This document shows, piece after piece, positions 12,701 to 28,974 of a DNA stretch of 64,000 bases. The position numbers were made by a program, and so were the translations under genes. Source of the stretch: the human T2T-CHM13v2.0 reference genome, Homo sapiens. A model generated the notes under the pieces. That model worked only from the letters and a program-made list of their open reading frames with translations, did not search any database and was not told the origin of the DNA. Numbering within the stretch: position 1 is the first letter of the stretch; each line of letters starts with the position of its first letter. The stretch lies in NCBI RefSeq assembly GCF_009914755.1, contig NC_060932.1, one strand, 5' to 3'.

Positions 12701-14741
12701 AAAGGGTTGTGAACTTCATTTCTGTGCGTACCAAAGTAAACATAGTATGAAACTTTCAGTGAGCATAAACCATTATTCTGGAGTGATTTGCATAGTCACC
12801 AAGCAAGAGATTCATGGCAAAAGTCACTTATAGCTACCCTTGATAATCTGTCACAGCCACAGAAAAATATTTATGTGATCATAAACAACGCATAAATCAT
12901 TTGCAGTTCAAAACTGTAGGAAAAAAAAAGAGGAAAATGAGCAAGGAAAGGAAGTCATCAGGCTGATTTAAAGAATATAAATTTATTATTTTTACCAACT
13001 TTTATTTTAGATTCAGGGGGCACATGTGCAGATATGTTACCTTGGTATATTGCATGATTCTGAGGTTTGGGGTATGGATAATCCCATCACCCCGGTACTG
13101 AGAATAGTACCAAATAGTTTTCCAGCCCTTGCCACCCTCCCTTCCTCTCCACTCTAGTAATCCCCAGTGTCTATTGTTGCCCTCATTATGTCCGAGTATC
13201 CAGTGTTTAGCTCCCACCTATAAGTGAAAACCTGTAGTATTTGTTTTTTTGGTTCATGCATTAATTCACTTAGGATAATGACTTCCAGATGCATCCATGT
13301 TGTTGCAAGGAACATGATTTCATTCTTCTTATGGCTGCATAGTATTCCATGGTGTATATGGACCACATTTTCCTTATCCAGTCTACCACTGATGAACACC
13401 TGTGTTGATTCCATGATTTTGCTATTATGTAGAGAGCTGTGATTAACATATGAGCATATGTGTCTTTTTGGTAGAACGATATGTTTTCTTTTGGATATAT
13501 ACCCAGTAATAGGATTGCTGGGTCAACTGGTAGTTCTGTTTTAAATTCTTTGAGCAATCTCCAACCTGCTTTCCACAGTGGCTGAACTAATTTACTTTCC
13601 CATCAACACTGTATAAGCATTCCCTTTTCTCCACAGCCTCAACCACAGCTGTTGCTGTTTTTTACTTTTTAATAATAGCCATTCTGACTATTATTATAGA
13701 GGTAGTATCTTATTGTGGTTTTGATTTGCTTTCATCTGATGATTCGTGATGATGAGCATTTTATCATACATTTGTTGGCCACATGTATGCCTTCTTTTCA
13801 GATGTCTCTGTTCATGTCCTTTGCCCATTTTTATTGAGGTTATTTGTTTTTTGCTTGTTCAATTGTTTAAGTTCCTTAAAGATCCTAGATAGTAGACCTT
13901 TATCGGATGCACAGTTTGTAGATATTTTCTCCCATTCTGTAGGTTGTCTGTTTACTCTGTTTTTAGTTTATTTTGCTGTGCAGAAGCTCTTTATTTTTAT
14001 TAGGGCCCACTTGTTGATTTTTGTTTTCTTTGCATTTGCTTTTGAGGACGTAGTCAAAAATGTTCTCCCAATGCCCATGCCCAGATGGTATTTCGTAGGT
14101 TTTCTTCTAGAATTCTTAGAGTCTGACGTCTTAGATTCAAATATTTAATCCATCTTGAGTTAATGTTTGTACACAGTGAAAGGTAGGGGTCAAGTTTCAT
14201 TCTTCTACATATGGCTAGCCAGCTATTCTAGCACCATTTATTGAATAGGGAGTTTTTCCCCATTGCTTGTTTATGTCGACTTCATCAAAGATTAAATGAT
14301 TGTAGGTGTGTGGCCCTATTTCAAGTCTCTGTATTCTGTTCCAGTGGTCTATGTGTCTGTTTTTGTACCAGTACAATGCTGTCTTGGTTACTGTGGCCTT
14401 CTAATATAGTTTGAAGTTGGGTAATGTGATGCCTCTGGCTTTGTTCTTTTTTTAAGATTGCTTTGGTTTTTGGAGGTATTTAGGGTTTCATATAAATTTT
14501 AGAATAGTTTTTTTCCAATTCTGTGAAAAACTACACTGGTACTTTGCTAGGCATAGCATTGAATCTATAGGTCACTTTGAGCAGAATGTCCATTTTAGCG
14601 GATATTGATTCTTCCAATCCATGAGCATGGAATATTTTTCCATTTGCTTGTGTCATCTGTGATTTCTTTTAGCAGTTTTTTTTGTTTTGTTTTCCTTGTA
14701 GAGGTCTTTCACTTCCTTTGTTAGATATATCTCTAAGTATT

Positions 14742-14780
14742 TGTGTGTGTGTGTGTGTGTGTTTATGTGTGTGTATGTGT
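14742..14780. repeat. (TG)n microsatellite
   Basis: tgtgtgtgtgtgtgtgtgtgtttatgtgtgtgtatgtgt. Confidence 0.85.
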
Positions 14781-14789
14781 CTACTGTAA

Positions 14790-15134
<345 letters not shown>

Positions 15135-16669
15135 TGAAGGTAATTTATGTATAAAAATGCTACTACTACTTTTTGTATGTTTATTTTGTATCCTGAACTT
15201 TGTTATCAGTTCCAGAAGGTTTATGGTGGAATTTTTAGAATTTTAAGGCATAAAATCATATTGTCCACAAAGAGAGGTAGTTTGACTTTTTTTCCTATTT
15301 TGATGCCTTTTATTTCTTTTTCTTGCCTGATTGCTTTTGCTAGCACTTTTAGTAGTATTTTGAATAGGAATGATGGGTGTTGGCTTCCTTGTCTTATTCC
15401 AGTTCTCAAAGGGAATGCTTCCAATTTTTGCCTGTTCAGTATGATGTTGGCTGTGGGCTTATCATAGATGGCTTATTATTTTGAAGTAGATTCCTTTAAT
15501 GCCTTGTTTCTTGAGAGTTTTCATTATGAAGGGACGTTGAATTTCATCAAAAGCTCTTTCTGCATTTATTAAGATTATCATATGGTTTTTCTTTTTTAAT
15601 TCTGCTTATGTGGTGAATCACATTCTCACATTTATTGATTTTCATATGCTGAACCAATCTTGAATCCCAGAAATGAAGCATATGTGATCATGGTGAACTA
15701 ATTTTTTGATGTGCTGCTGGATTCAGTTTGCTAGTATTTTGTTGAGGAATTTTATATCTATGTTCATCAGGGATATTGGCCTGTAGTTTCATTTTTTATT
15801 GTATCTTTGCTAGATGTGCGTATCTAGGTGATGCTGGCTTCAGAGAATGAGTTATGGAAAGGTGCCTCCTCGATTTTCTAACATAGGTTTGAGCAGAATT
15901 CATGTCAACTCTTTTCTGTACATCTGGTAGCATTCGGCTGTGAATCCATTTGGTACAAGGCTTATTTTGGTTGACAGGTTTTTATTACTGATTCAATTTT
16001 GGAAGTTGATATTGGCCCATCCAGTATTTCAATTTTTTCCTGATTCAATCTTGGGAGATGTGTGCTTACAGGAATTTATCAATTTCCTCTAGATTTTCTA
16101 GTTTGTGTATATAGAGGTGTTCATAACAGTCTCTGAGGATCTTTTGTATATCTGTAGGATTGGTTGTAATATCTCCTTTGTTATTTCTCATTGTGCTAAT
16201 TTGGATCTTCTCTTTTTCTCTTTGTTAATCTAGCTAGTGGTCTATCCATCTTGTTTGCCTTTTTGAACAACCAACTTTTGGTTTTGTTGATTCTTTGTAT
16301 GGATTTTGGGTCTCAGTTTTATTCATTTCTGCTTTGATTTTATTTACTTCTTTTCTCCTGCTAGTTCTAGGGTTAGTTTGTTCTTGTTTTTCTCATTTTT
16401 CCAGGTGTGATATCAGATTGTTAATTTGAGATCTTCCTAATTTTTTGAGGTAGGCATTTATTGCTCTCAACTTTCCTCTTAACATTGCTTTTGTTTTGAT
16501 ATGTTATGTATCTGTTTTTATTTATTTCCAATAATTTTTTGATTTCTGATTCATTGTTTACCCAAAAGTCATTCAGAAACAAGTTGTTTAATTTCCATGT
16601 AAGGGTGAGGTTTTGAGAAATGAAATTGATATATATTTTTATTCCACTGTGGCCCAAGGGTATGAGTTG

Positions 16670-18180
16670 CTATTCTTATATCAAGATATAATAAATTATA
16701 TCTTATATAAATTATCTTATATAAATGATATCATTTATATAATAAATTATATCTTATATAAATGATATCATTTATATAATAAATTATATCTTATATAAAT
16801 GATGTCATTTATATAATAAATTATATCTTATATAAATGATATCGTTTATATAATAAATTATATCTTATATAAATGATATCGTTTAGATAATAAATTATAC
16901 CTTATATAAATGACATCGTTTAGATAATAAATTATACCTTATATAAATGACATCGTTTAGATAATAAATTATACCTTATATAAATGACATCGTTTAGATA
17001 ATAAATTATACCTTATATAAATGACATCGTTTAGATAATAAATTATACCTTATATAAATGACATCGTTTAGATAATAAATTATACCTTATATAAATGACA
17101 TCGTTTAGATAATAAATTATACCTTATATAAATGACATCGTTTAGATAATAAATTATACCTTATATAAATGACATCGTTTAGATAATAAATTATATCATA
17201 TAAATTATATCGTTTAGATAATAAATTATACCTTATATAAATTATATCGTTTAGATAATAAATTATACCTTATATAAATTATATCGTTTAGATAATAAAT
17301 TATATCTCATATAAATTATATCGTTTAGATAATAAATTATATCTCATATAAATTATATCGTTTAGATAATAAATTATATCTTATATAAATTATATGGTTT
17401 AGATAATAAATTATATCTTATATAAATTATATCGTTTAGATAATAAATTATATCTTGTATAAATTATATCGTTTAGATAATAAATTATATCTTATATAAA
17501 TTATATCGTTTAGATAATAAATTATATCTTATATAAATTATATGGTTTAGATAATAAATTATATCTTATATAAATTATATCGTTTAGATAATAAATTATA
17601 TCTTATATAAATTATATCATTTAGATAATAAATTATATCTTATATAAATTATATCGTTTAGATAATAAATTATATCTTATATAAATTATATCGTTTAGAT
17701 AATAAATTATATCTTATATAAATTATATAGTTAGATAATAAATTATATCTTATATAAATTATATAATTTATATGATAAATTACATCTTATATAAATTATA
17801 TAGTTTAGATGATAAATTATATCTTATATAAATTATATAGTTTAGATAATAAATTACATCTTATATAAATTATATAGTTTTGATAATAAATTATATCTTA
17901 TATAAATTATATGGTTTAGATAATAAATTACATCTTATATAAATTATATAGTTTAGATAATAAATTACATCTTATATAAATTATATAGTTTAGATAATTA
18001 CATCTTATATAAATTATATAATTTATATAATAAATTATATCTTCTATAAATTATATAATTTATATAATTAATTATATCTTATATAAATTATATAGTTTAG
18101 ATAATAAATTACATCTTATATAAATTATATCTTATAAATATATTATATCTTATATCAAGATATAATAAAGTTATATCTTG
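16670..18180. repeat. AT-rich minisatellite, 37-bp unit, about 40 copies
   Basis: Unit TTATATCTTATATAAATTATATCGTTTAGATAATAAA with block-wise variants. Confidence 0.95.
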
Positions 18181-19699
18181 GTATAATTTTGATTCTTTTA
18201 AAATTTATTGATACTTGCTTTATGGCCAAGCATATGGTCAATCTTGGAGTATGCTCCATGTGCAGGTGAGAGAATATATATTCTGTGGTTGATCCATGGA
18301 GTATTCCGTAATGTTTATTAGGTTTAACTGGCCAAGGGTTGTGTTTAAGTCTATAGTTTTGTTTTGTTAATTTTCTGCCTTGATGCTCTGTCCAATGTTG
18401 TCGTTGGGGTGTTGAAGTTCATGAATATTACTGTGTGGCTGTCTAAGTCATTGCAGATCCAGAAATACTTTTTTTATAAGTCTGGGTGCTCCATTGTTGG
18501 GTGTGCATATATTTAGGATAGTTAAGTCTTCTTGTTGAAGTGAACCCTTGGTCATTATGTAATGCCCTTCTTTGTCTTCATTTTACTGTTGTTGATTTAA
18601 TCTCTGTTTTATCTGATATAAGAATAGCAACTCCTGCTTTTTTTTCCATTTGCATGGCAGATTTTTCACTAACCCTCTGCTTTGAGCCTATCGGTGTCAT
18701 CATGTCTGAGTTGAATCTCTTGAAGACAGTAAATAGATGGGTCTTCTTTTTTTATCCAACTTGCCACTCTGTGCCTTTAAAGTAGGGCATTTAGAACGTG
18801 TACATTCAAGGTTAATATTCATATGTAAGAGTTTGACCCTATTACAAAGTTGTTAGCTATTTGCTTTGTAGTAGTTTCTATTGTGGGTTTTTTTTTTAAT
18901 GTAGGGTCTGTAGGCTATGCACTTAAATGTGTTTTATGGTAGTAGGTATCATTCTTTTGTTTCCATGTTTAGAACTTCATTAAGAATCTCATGTAAGGCT
19001 GGTCTAGTGGTGACAAGTTCCCTTAGCACTTGCTTGTCTGGAAAAGATTTTATTTCTCCTTCATTTATGAAGCTTATTTTGGTGGGATATGAAATTCTTG
19101 GTTGGAATCTCTTTTCTTTAAGAATGATGAAAATAGGCCCCCAAACTCTCCTCACTTGCAAGGCCGTTAGCCTGATGGGCTTCCCTTTGTATGTGATTTT
19201 TTTTTTCTTGAGCATTGATTTTGGACAGTCTGGTGACTATACGCCTTGGTGATGTTTGTTTTGTGTAGTATCTCACAGGTGTGCTCTAGATTTTTTGTAT
19301 CTAGATGTCTACATCTCCAACTAGATTAAGGAAGTTTTCTTGAATTATTCCAAGTACATTTTCCATGTTGTTTGCTTTTTCTCCTTCTCTCTCAGGAATA
19401 CCAATAATTCATAGGTTATTTTGCTTTACATAATCCCATATTTCTTAAAGACTTCGCTTATTTAAACATTTTCTTCCTTTTTTTTAAATCAGATTATGTT
19501 AATTCAAAAGACCAGTCTTCAAGCTCTGAAATTCTTTTATCTGCTTAGTCCACATAAATTTATTATTAAGTGAATTTGGTAACTTTTTTCTTCATGCATA
19601 TTTCTCAAAAAAAGCAGATTTACATGTTAAATATAGGAGTGACAAATTCTAAGACTTCAAAATTCAAATGTTATTTGAAACAAATGTTATTTGAAAGAA

Positions 19700-20900
19700 A
19701 GATCTAGTTATTCTCAAAATTTATGTTAAGAACCATGTGTTTCTTTTGATGGACATTAACTTAAAAAATCCTTTGTCTCATATTTTCACTTTGTTTTGTA
19801 TCTTTTCTTTATCAACTTATTAAAAACCCTTTGTAAGCAAAAAATTAAACGTTTGTTTATGTTTTACAATTATTTTTTCAAAGTTTATGTAATTTCTACT
19901 TTTAGCTTTCTTTATTGTTTTTATTATACAGATGTTTTAAATTTTTATATAATAACATTTATTGTTTTTTTTCTTTATGGCTTTGGATTTTGTATCATAC
20001 TTAGGCTTTCCTGAATCTAAGATTACATTAAAATCCCAATATTTTTCTTAAGCTTTGTAGTTTCATTTTAATGCTTTAATCTCTGAATCATCTTGAATTA
20101 ATATTTTTTCCAAATTATTTACATATTATCATTACTATTGATTGATATATTTATAGTTTCCCCTGTGATATGCAATATTAATGTAATTATATGCAAATCT
20201 CCAACATGTATCTGGTTCCCTTTCTAGACATACTGCAATGGAAATATTTCCAATATCATTGTTTTTTAATATTTTACTCTTTATATAGGATAGTTTCTAC
20301 CCCTCTTTTTTATTATTTTAATGATTAATTTTAAAGATTTTTTTCTGGGTAAATTTTAGGAACATCCGTCAAGCTTCAAAAATTTCCTTTGCATATTTTG
20401 ACTAATATTCAAATTTTACCATATCGACTTTACCTATCTAACAACATCATTCATTTTTCTGCTTATCTAAACCATCTTTTTAATCTTAGTATGTTTTTGA
20501 AGTAGTCACCTTGTGTGTGCTATGTAGTTCTTAATGAGTCTATTGATACTTCTTATATCTTCCAGTTTGCTAAGTTGGATATTTTCTTTCATCATATTTT
20601 GTAACAGATGACTTTTTGAATATAGGATATTGATTTTTTCTTATCAGTTGTTACTATACTTCCTTATTATATTTCCTTATTGTTTTTAACCATTTCTAAG
20701 GTGAATGTGGGTTGCACTATATAAGCATATCCTGTAATGACCATGATTTTTTACTTTCTCTTTTCCATAATTATAATTTATTTCTATCCCAGACCTAATA
20801 ATAGTAGATAATATGTCTTTAAAATTAGCTTTGAAATAATGATGATAATGGACATTCTTTTAGAGTTTTGCCCTTAATAATTATGATAGTTTCAGACTAG
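19700..20900 (-). mobile_element. Ancient L1M(E)-like fragments
   Basis: T-rich decayed antisense ORF2 motifs (CAGATGTTTTAAATTTTTATATA, TTTATGGCTTTGGATTTTGTATCATACTTAGG). Confidence 0.55.
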
Positions 20901-21200
20901 TCAGGTTGGAAGAGAAAAAATTGTAAAGAAAATATTTACCAGGCAACTCTGTTGCTAAATCAGGAAACAGGGCAGTGACAAAGTAGTGTCACTGTGCTCA
21001 TGCTTTCTCTTACCACAAGTAATTACTATCATAAGCAGTACTAAAGATATGGCTTTTTTTTGGATCTATACCAAAACCAAAGAAGTAGTACATTTTTCAT
21101 AATACTGTCAACATATTATAATTGCTTTAAGAAACCTTCCTCCAAAATTATAATAAAATTAGTTTGTTAAATTATTCAATTCCTAAAATCCATTACTAAT

Positions 21201-21752
21201 ACTAGAAATACCATTTGACCCAGCCATCCCATTACTGGGTATATACCCAAAGGATTATAAATCATGCTGCTATAAAGACACATGCACACATATGTTTATT
21301 GTGGCACTATTCACAATAGCAAAGACTTGGAACCAACCCAAATGTCCAACAACAATAGACTGGATTAAGAAAATGTGGCACATGTACACCATGGAATACT
21401 ATGCAGCCATAAAAAATGATGAGTTCATGTCCTTTGTAGGGACATGGATGAAACTGGAAACCATCATTCTCAGCAAACTATCGCAAGGACAAAAAACCAA
21501 ACACTGCATGTTCTCACTCATAGGTGGGAATTGAACAATGAGAACACATGGACACAGGAAGGGGAACATCACACACTGGGAACTGTTGTGGGGTGGAGGG
21601 AGTGGGGAGGGATAGCATTAGGAGATATACCCAATGCTAAATGACGAGTTAATGGGTGCAGCACACCAACATGGCACATGTATATATATGTAACAAACCT
21701 GCACGTTGTGCACATGTACCCTAAAACTTAAAGTATAATAATAATAAAAAAA
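21201..21752 (+). mobile_element. L1PA4-like 3' end (5'-truncated)
   Basis: ORF2 C-terminus [19 protein letters not shown]...GGN, 3'UTR and A tail; short possible TSD AATACT. Confidence 0.92.
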
Positions 21753-22752
21753 ATACTTAAACATTTGCCCATAAATTTAGGCTTCTAAACAGTTTTAGGT
21801 CTTTCTGTTATTTTCAGACATTATTAATTTCAAGACTTTTTACCATCCTGTATCTGGATACACAATACATCTCTATATACATCCAAACACACATGCAACT
21901 GCTATTGTGTCATCTTCTGACACACAGAGCAAATATCTCGTCAGAGTTTGTATAGTATTAGGAATATACATCATCACATGACTTCCATTTTAGTAGAACT
22001 ATAATGCTACCATGTATCACATAAGTAATCCATGACAATTATATAAAAGTTAGAAAATACACATTTGCCCAAGTAAAACTAAAAGAAACAAAACTATTCA
22101 GAAATACCAAGTTAATTTTGGTAAATATCTTCTAAGTTTTAGAATTACTCAATATTTATAAATTGCCCGCGATCAGCAGCTAGTAATTTTGTATTTTCTT
22201 ATATTATTGCCTTGTACCATATAAAATATAAATATTATTCTAGGACATATTTATGATAGATATAATGACATATACTAAGTGAAAAGCAATAATTTTCTCT
22301 CATATGGACATATAGGTCTCAAGATTAAATAATTTTGAATGAGTCAAGATGAGAAACTATCAATTTGATAAAGTAATTTTAAAGAATTGCTGAAATATAA
22401 AAGAGGTCAGATTGGTTACTATTTTCCAAGGCTTCCTGGTCTTTCTTCCAGGTTTGGCGATATGACTATTTGTTGCCAGTGGGTTATGGTCATATGCTTT
22501 ATGTAATTTTAAAAGAAAAAAAGAAAGAATCTGAATTCAAAAATATGAAATGCATACAGATATAGTCATTATTAAAATTATTAATATAAATATTCATTAT
22601 TAAAAAGAAAATCACAAGGCTATGTTTAATATCAATTTGCTAAATACATTTTAAAATCTAAGATCGAAGATGAGGCTCTTAAATGTATGAGTTTAATAAT
22701 GAATCATTTGATTTCCTAAATGTAGAATAAAAGAAAAATTATAGTTAGATGT

Positions 22753-23157
22753 TGTTGGATTTGAATGTGTCCCCCAAAAGTTCATGTGTTGGAAACTTAA
22801 TCCCTCTGTTCTCATGAATAAATTAATGGATTAATGAGGGCCCTGCCCTCATGAATGAGTTAATGTTGCTATCAAAGGTGTGGGTTTGTTATCTCCCTCA
22901 TGAATGAATGAATGTTGCTATCACAGGAGTGGGTTCATTATCTCCAGAGTGGCTTTGTTATAAAAATGAGCTGTCTGATTCTCTTGCTCTTGCCCTCTCA
23001 CCATGTAATGCCCCCTATCACATTACGAGGCAGCAAGAAAGCCCTCACGAGATGCTAGTGCCATGCACTCGGACTTCTCAGCCTCCATAACTGTAAGAAA
23101 TTAATTTATTTTATTCATATATTATCTTGTTATAGCAACATAAAATAGACTAAGACA
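22753..23157 (+). mobile_element. MSTD-like solo LTR with an internal ~50-bp duplication
   Basis: TTTGAATGTGTCCCCCAAAAGTTCATGTGTTGGAAACTTAATCCC...GACTAAGACA; CCCTCATGAATGA..AATGTTGCTATCA..GTGGGTT occurs twice. Confidence 0.82.
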
Positions 23158-23671
23158 GATCTCTTTTTAAAAAAAGAAAAGATGCCAGATTCTATGAGAT
23201 TGTGAATTGTGATAAGATTAACTTTCAGCAAACGAAGAAAATCTCCTGTTGTTAAATTACTCATATACGTGCCATGAGAGGCTGAAGTGACATTGCCATG
23301 GAGTATCACAGAGTTTTAGACATAAAGAGATCTCAAAAGTTATTTAACTTTGAATTTTTTGTCTGTTTTGGCTTTTATGATAACAAAACTAATGAAACAT
23401 GATTTTATCTCTCATCGTAGCATATTTTTAGGGAATGGGTCTATTTGTGCCCGCCAGCAGTGGATCCTTCATGTTCCCCTGGGAATGCAGAACATAGGAC
23501 ACTTTCTGTTTGTGGTTCTTGTATAGCTCATTGTAAAAGGCAAAATACAATTAACCTTTAGGTATATGCATTTGCCACAAGTAGAAATAATACTCTAACT
23601 ATAAAGTTCTTTAACCAAACTTTTAAAAGCAGAGTTTTAAAGAAGTTCAAACTAGCCTTTAACATCTAGAA

Positions 23672-24016
23672 CTGTGCTGCCCAACTGAAATATAATCTGA
23701 GCCACAAATGCAAGTCACATATGTGATTTCTAATTTTCTAGTAGCCACATTTTAAAAAAGTAAAAACAACTGGGTAAAATTGATTTTTATGATATATCTT
23801 TATCTAATTCAATGTATTGAAATGATTATCATTCTAATGTATAACCAATATAAAAATTATAAATAAGATATTTTATATTATTATTTTCACATGTCTTTGC
23901 AATCTGAATGTCTTTCACACATACAACACATAGCAACTTGGACTAACTACATATCAAGTGCTCAACAGGCACCCACCTGTGGCTCATACATGTGGTTACC
24001 ATATTGGACAGCATAG
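23672..24016. mobile_element. MER33-like hAT-Charlie DNA transposon
   Basis: Terminal inverted repeats CTGTGCTGCCCAA / TTGGACAGCATAG; internal TTTTCTAGTAGCCACATT. Confidence 0.82.
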
Positions 24017-24527
24017 TTCTTTTGCTCACTGTCAACAGTCTCCTACAAAATCTTTCCTCTCTAAAAATGCCCTATAACCCAGGAAGAACTCACATCACCA
24101 TCACCTCTTCATGCAAAGTAAAACTTATGTGTTTGGGATTTTTTTTCTGATACAATAATGTACTTAAATATATTGTGGAATATAATTTACTTGATCCACA
24201 TCTTTAACTGAACACTTTAGAAACCAATATTTATTGATTCTCAGGCTCCATGATCCCACAGACTGATCTGTATAGCAGTGGACATAGGAAATGGGGAGGG
24301 ACACAGTTAGAAGCACTTTCCTAAACCCTTCAGATGATTGTCCATATGCAGCTCACAGATCTCCACCTGCCAAACATCACATGCCACTTTTGAGAGTTAA
24401 TTGGCACTAATAGAAGTAATTACTATGATCTCATTTCTTTCTTCCAGAGCCTTCAATCCCTGATGTTCATAACAAAGGAGGCACGAAGCCCAGTTATTTT
24501 TGGCTCTTGGGCTGGTTGTGGTCATCA

Positions 24528-25497
<970 letters not shown>

Positions 25498-25649
25498 GAA
25501 AGAAAGGAAGGAAGGAAGAAAGAAAGGGGCCCAAAGTCATGATGTCATCAGGCTCATCTCAGGACAACTCTTTCATTGACTTCCAGGTTTCGTTTTTATT
25601 ACAAAGCCACAAAGCATTAATAGGACAAAGGTAAAGAGAAAGTATTGCA

Positions 25650-26040
<391 letters not shown>

Positions 26041-26239
26041 TCAAATTGACGAGGTGCTCTTTCAAGTCACTTATCCCAGTCCTCTCCCAACTCTATCAGG
26101 ATTAAGTGGAAAATTCTAGAGATTTCACTGTTAGCAACTCCTTGTTCTCACAAAGGCATCTTTAAGGATTTACAGTTCTCTAAGGATGAATGACAACCTT
26201 GAAAGAGAGACTCCAATGCACTGCAAGGAGCAGTATTTA

Positions 26240-26400
26240 ATAACTCAAGGTCATGTGTTCTAATTCTCAATAAATCTTCTTGATTACTTACTATTTTGGA
26301 GTTTGACTTTTCCCATCTGTAAAAAAGAAAAAGTAATAACAACTGATATCACACAGTTGATTAAAATATTGTACATAAGAATAAAAAACTAGAAAAAATT
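26240..26400 (+). mobile_element. MIR fragment
   Basis: TTTCCCATCTGTAAAA MIR core. Confidence 0.5.
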
Positions 26401-27628
26401 CAAGTGGTAATTTATAGAGTATGAGGACTCCAGTGGGGGCAGGTGGTAATGGACTACCTGGAAATATGGGATTGTCCTTGGGAGGACACATCAGGAAGTG
26501 TCCTCTATCCCGGGGTCCTTGACCCCTGTGCTCTTGACCTTTGGGGCCACATAATTCCATGTTGGGAGGGGTGATGTCCTGTGATTGTAGTGTGATTAAC
26601 AGGGTAAATTCAGAAGTGGGAACCAGGTAGTTAAAGTGAATTAAGCCAAAATGGGTCAACATGGTGATAGAGATGAATAGAGTTGGTAGGAAATAGGAAA
26701 CAAAGGTGAAACACACATAGATGGACAAATGCAGGTGGAAGGATAAATCCAAGAACAAGAATAACATGGGAAGAAATGGGAAATCTCAGGAAGAGTTAAA
26801 GGGAAAATAGCAGCGAGAGTTGTGAAAGCAGAAGAAATTATTCTGGAGGGCTGCTTACTGCTTGAAATGCCTTTTGTTTCCACTCGTTCTTCACAGGATT
26901 TGGGGAAGCTCTCAACATTTTAAATGTACGTAGAGAAGTGCTTCTGATATCACCTGCTAACAACCAGATAACCAGATCACACCTGGACAATTTCTGGGAG
27001 CAGGGGGTTCTCTGTCCCACTGTCTATGTTTGCAAAGCCCCGTTTTTCACTCGCTTGTGACCATTTGCTGAAGGAGATCAAGTTGCAAGGTCACATGTTA
27101 CTGGCCTTCTATTAATACAATAATCTTTCCATTTTTTTTCAACACGCAGCTCTAGCAACCAGGAATAGGTATAATAATTCACATTTAATTAAAGTCAAAG
27201 AAAAGAGAGCACAAGAATTTGTCCACAGGTCAAGTTCCTTTAGGTGGTTACCCTAAAGACAAATTACACCTGTTGGTCCTTGTGAGAAGAGACACCCATT
27301 TTAAGCAACAAGAAGCCTGTGCCATTTGGGACTAACTGGGCTTGGAGTCCACATTAGATTACATTGTTTCAAGTTCCTTAGGCATCATTAGCACCATCCA
27401 TAGTTCTGGAGCTATAAAGAACACATTTTTAATAAACTAGTGTGAAGGTTTTATTTATAATAGTATATAAATATTAGAAATTAAAAACTATACATTTGCT
27501 ATTATAATTCTATTAGTATTCAGTCTTCAGGACTACCAGTATTAATAGATAGACCTTTCCCTCTCTTTATGTCAAAATATTCCTGGAAGAAATTTAATAG
27601 AGAAACTATTTTAGGGAGGAGGGTGAGT

Positions 27629-28201
27629 ATATTTATTAATTTTCTATTGCTATATAACAAATTACCGCCAATTCAATTGCTGTAAACAATACTCCTTTAT
27701 TATCTCAATTGGTTTAGGAGTACAGGCATGGCTCTGTTGCATCCTCTGCTAAGCGTCTCACCAGGCTGAAATCAAATTGTTGGCCAGGCTGAATTCCCAT
27801 CTAGAGTAAGGGTCCTCTTCCAAACTCTTTCAAGTTGTCAGAATTCAGGACTTTGCAGCTGGAGAACTGCAGCCCTCAGCTGCTGCTGGACACATTTCTC
27901 CATAGGCATCTCATGGCATACTCTGTTTCTTCTTCCAGCCTCTTTTAAAGAGCCCATCTGGTTAGGCCAGGCCCACACAAGATGATCTCCCTTTTGATTG
28001 ACTCAAAGTCAATTAACAGACCTTCACTAAATATGAAAAAAATCTCTCCATCTTTGCAGTAGTGTAAGTAATCACAAACACTGAGTCTAAGCAACATGAG
28101 TGACATGAGTGATGCCCATCATATGCAGAGGCCCCGTCCACATTCCAGGGCAGGGTCATTGTATGGGTATTAGGGGGTCATCTTGGAATTTCTCCTATCA
28201 C
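27629..28201 (-). mobile_element. MLT1E-like LTR
   Basis: TTTCTATTGCTATATAACAAATTACC...AGGCTGAAATCAA...GGGGTCATCTTGGAATTTCTCCTATCAC. Confidence 0.75.
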
Positions 28202-28751
28202 CTTGAGTTTGGGATTAGTAATTGAGGCAGATTGCTTGGCTTTATTTGTATATCCAAGCAAAATATTATTATTATTTTAATTAGCATGCCATGTAATATT
28301 TAATAAAAACGTTAAACATGAAAAAACTATGTTTTATTTAGGGATATATGACACCCTTATTAGAAACAGAAATAAGTATTTAGAAATTTAAAATAGCAAT
28401 TTCAGCATAGCAGTTACTTCGATCATGAAAAAAGAATGTAACTGGATTTATTGTTGGTTAGTTTTTTAAGTGGGATGGTAGTTACACGAGTGTTTATTAT
28501 ATTGTTTTAGACCTTTTAAGGAGTCTTAACTATTTTATGATAAATGTTTAAATATAGTGATTAAACACTTTTTTGTGTAATTGACTGTTTTCAAAGTTAT
28601 GTGACAAAGCTTCTGCCTTCAACAATCTCAAAAATCTAACAAGGGAAGAACCAGAGAAATAAGAAATGACAAATGTCTTACAAATTTTTGTGTGAAAAGG
28701 ACTATGGGATAGGTCATGCACCCAAACTAAGGTTTGAATGAAAGAAGCAGG

Positions 28752-28974
28752 AAGTTTCCCAGGAGGGAGCACGGCACTCTGGAGGAGGGGTGGGAATTGT
28801 CTGCCAAGTGGGAGGGGTGAGTCCAGAGATTCCCAGGAGGGAGCACGGCTTTCTGGAAGAGAGGTGGGAACTTCCTGCAAAGTAAGAGGAGCAAGGCCAG
28901 ACTTTCCCAGGAAGGAGCACGGCACTTTGGAGGAAGGGTGGGAACTGTCTGCGGAGTAGGAGGAGCGAGGCCAG
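28752..28974. repeat. Diverged tandem triplication, 74-bp unit
   Basis: TCCCAGGA(G/A)GGAGCACGGC recurs at 28757, 28831 and 28905. Confidence 0.88.

Noticed and set aside
16670-18180. CRISPR-like or coding periodic array
   Set aside because: Head-to-tail repeats without unique spacers, stop-rich, eukaryotic context.
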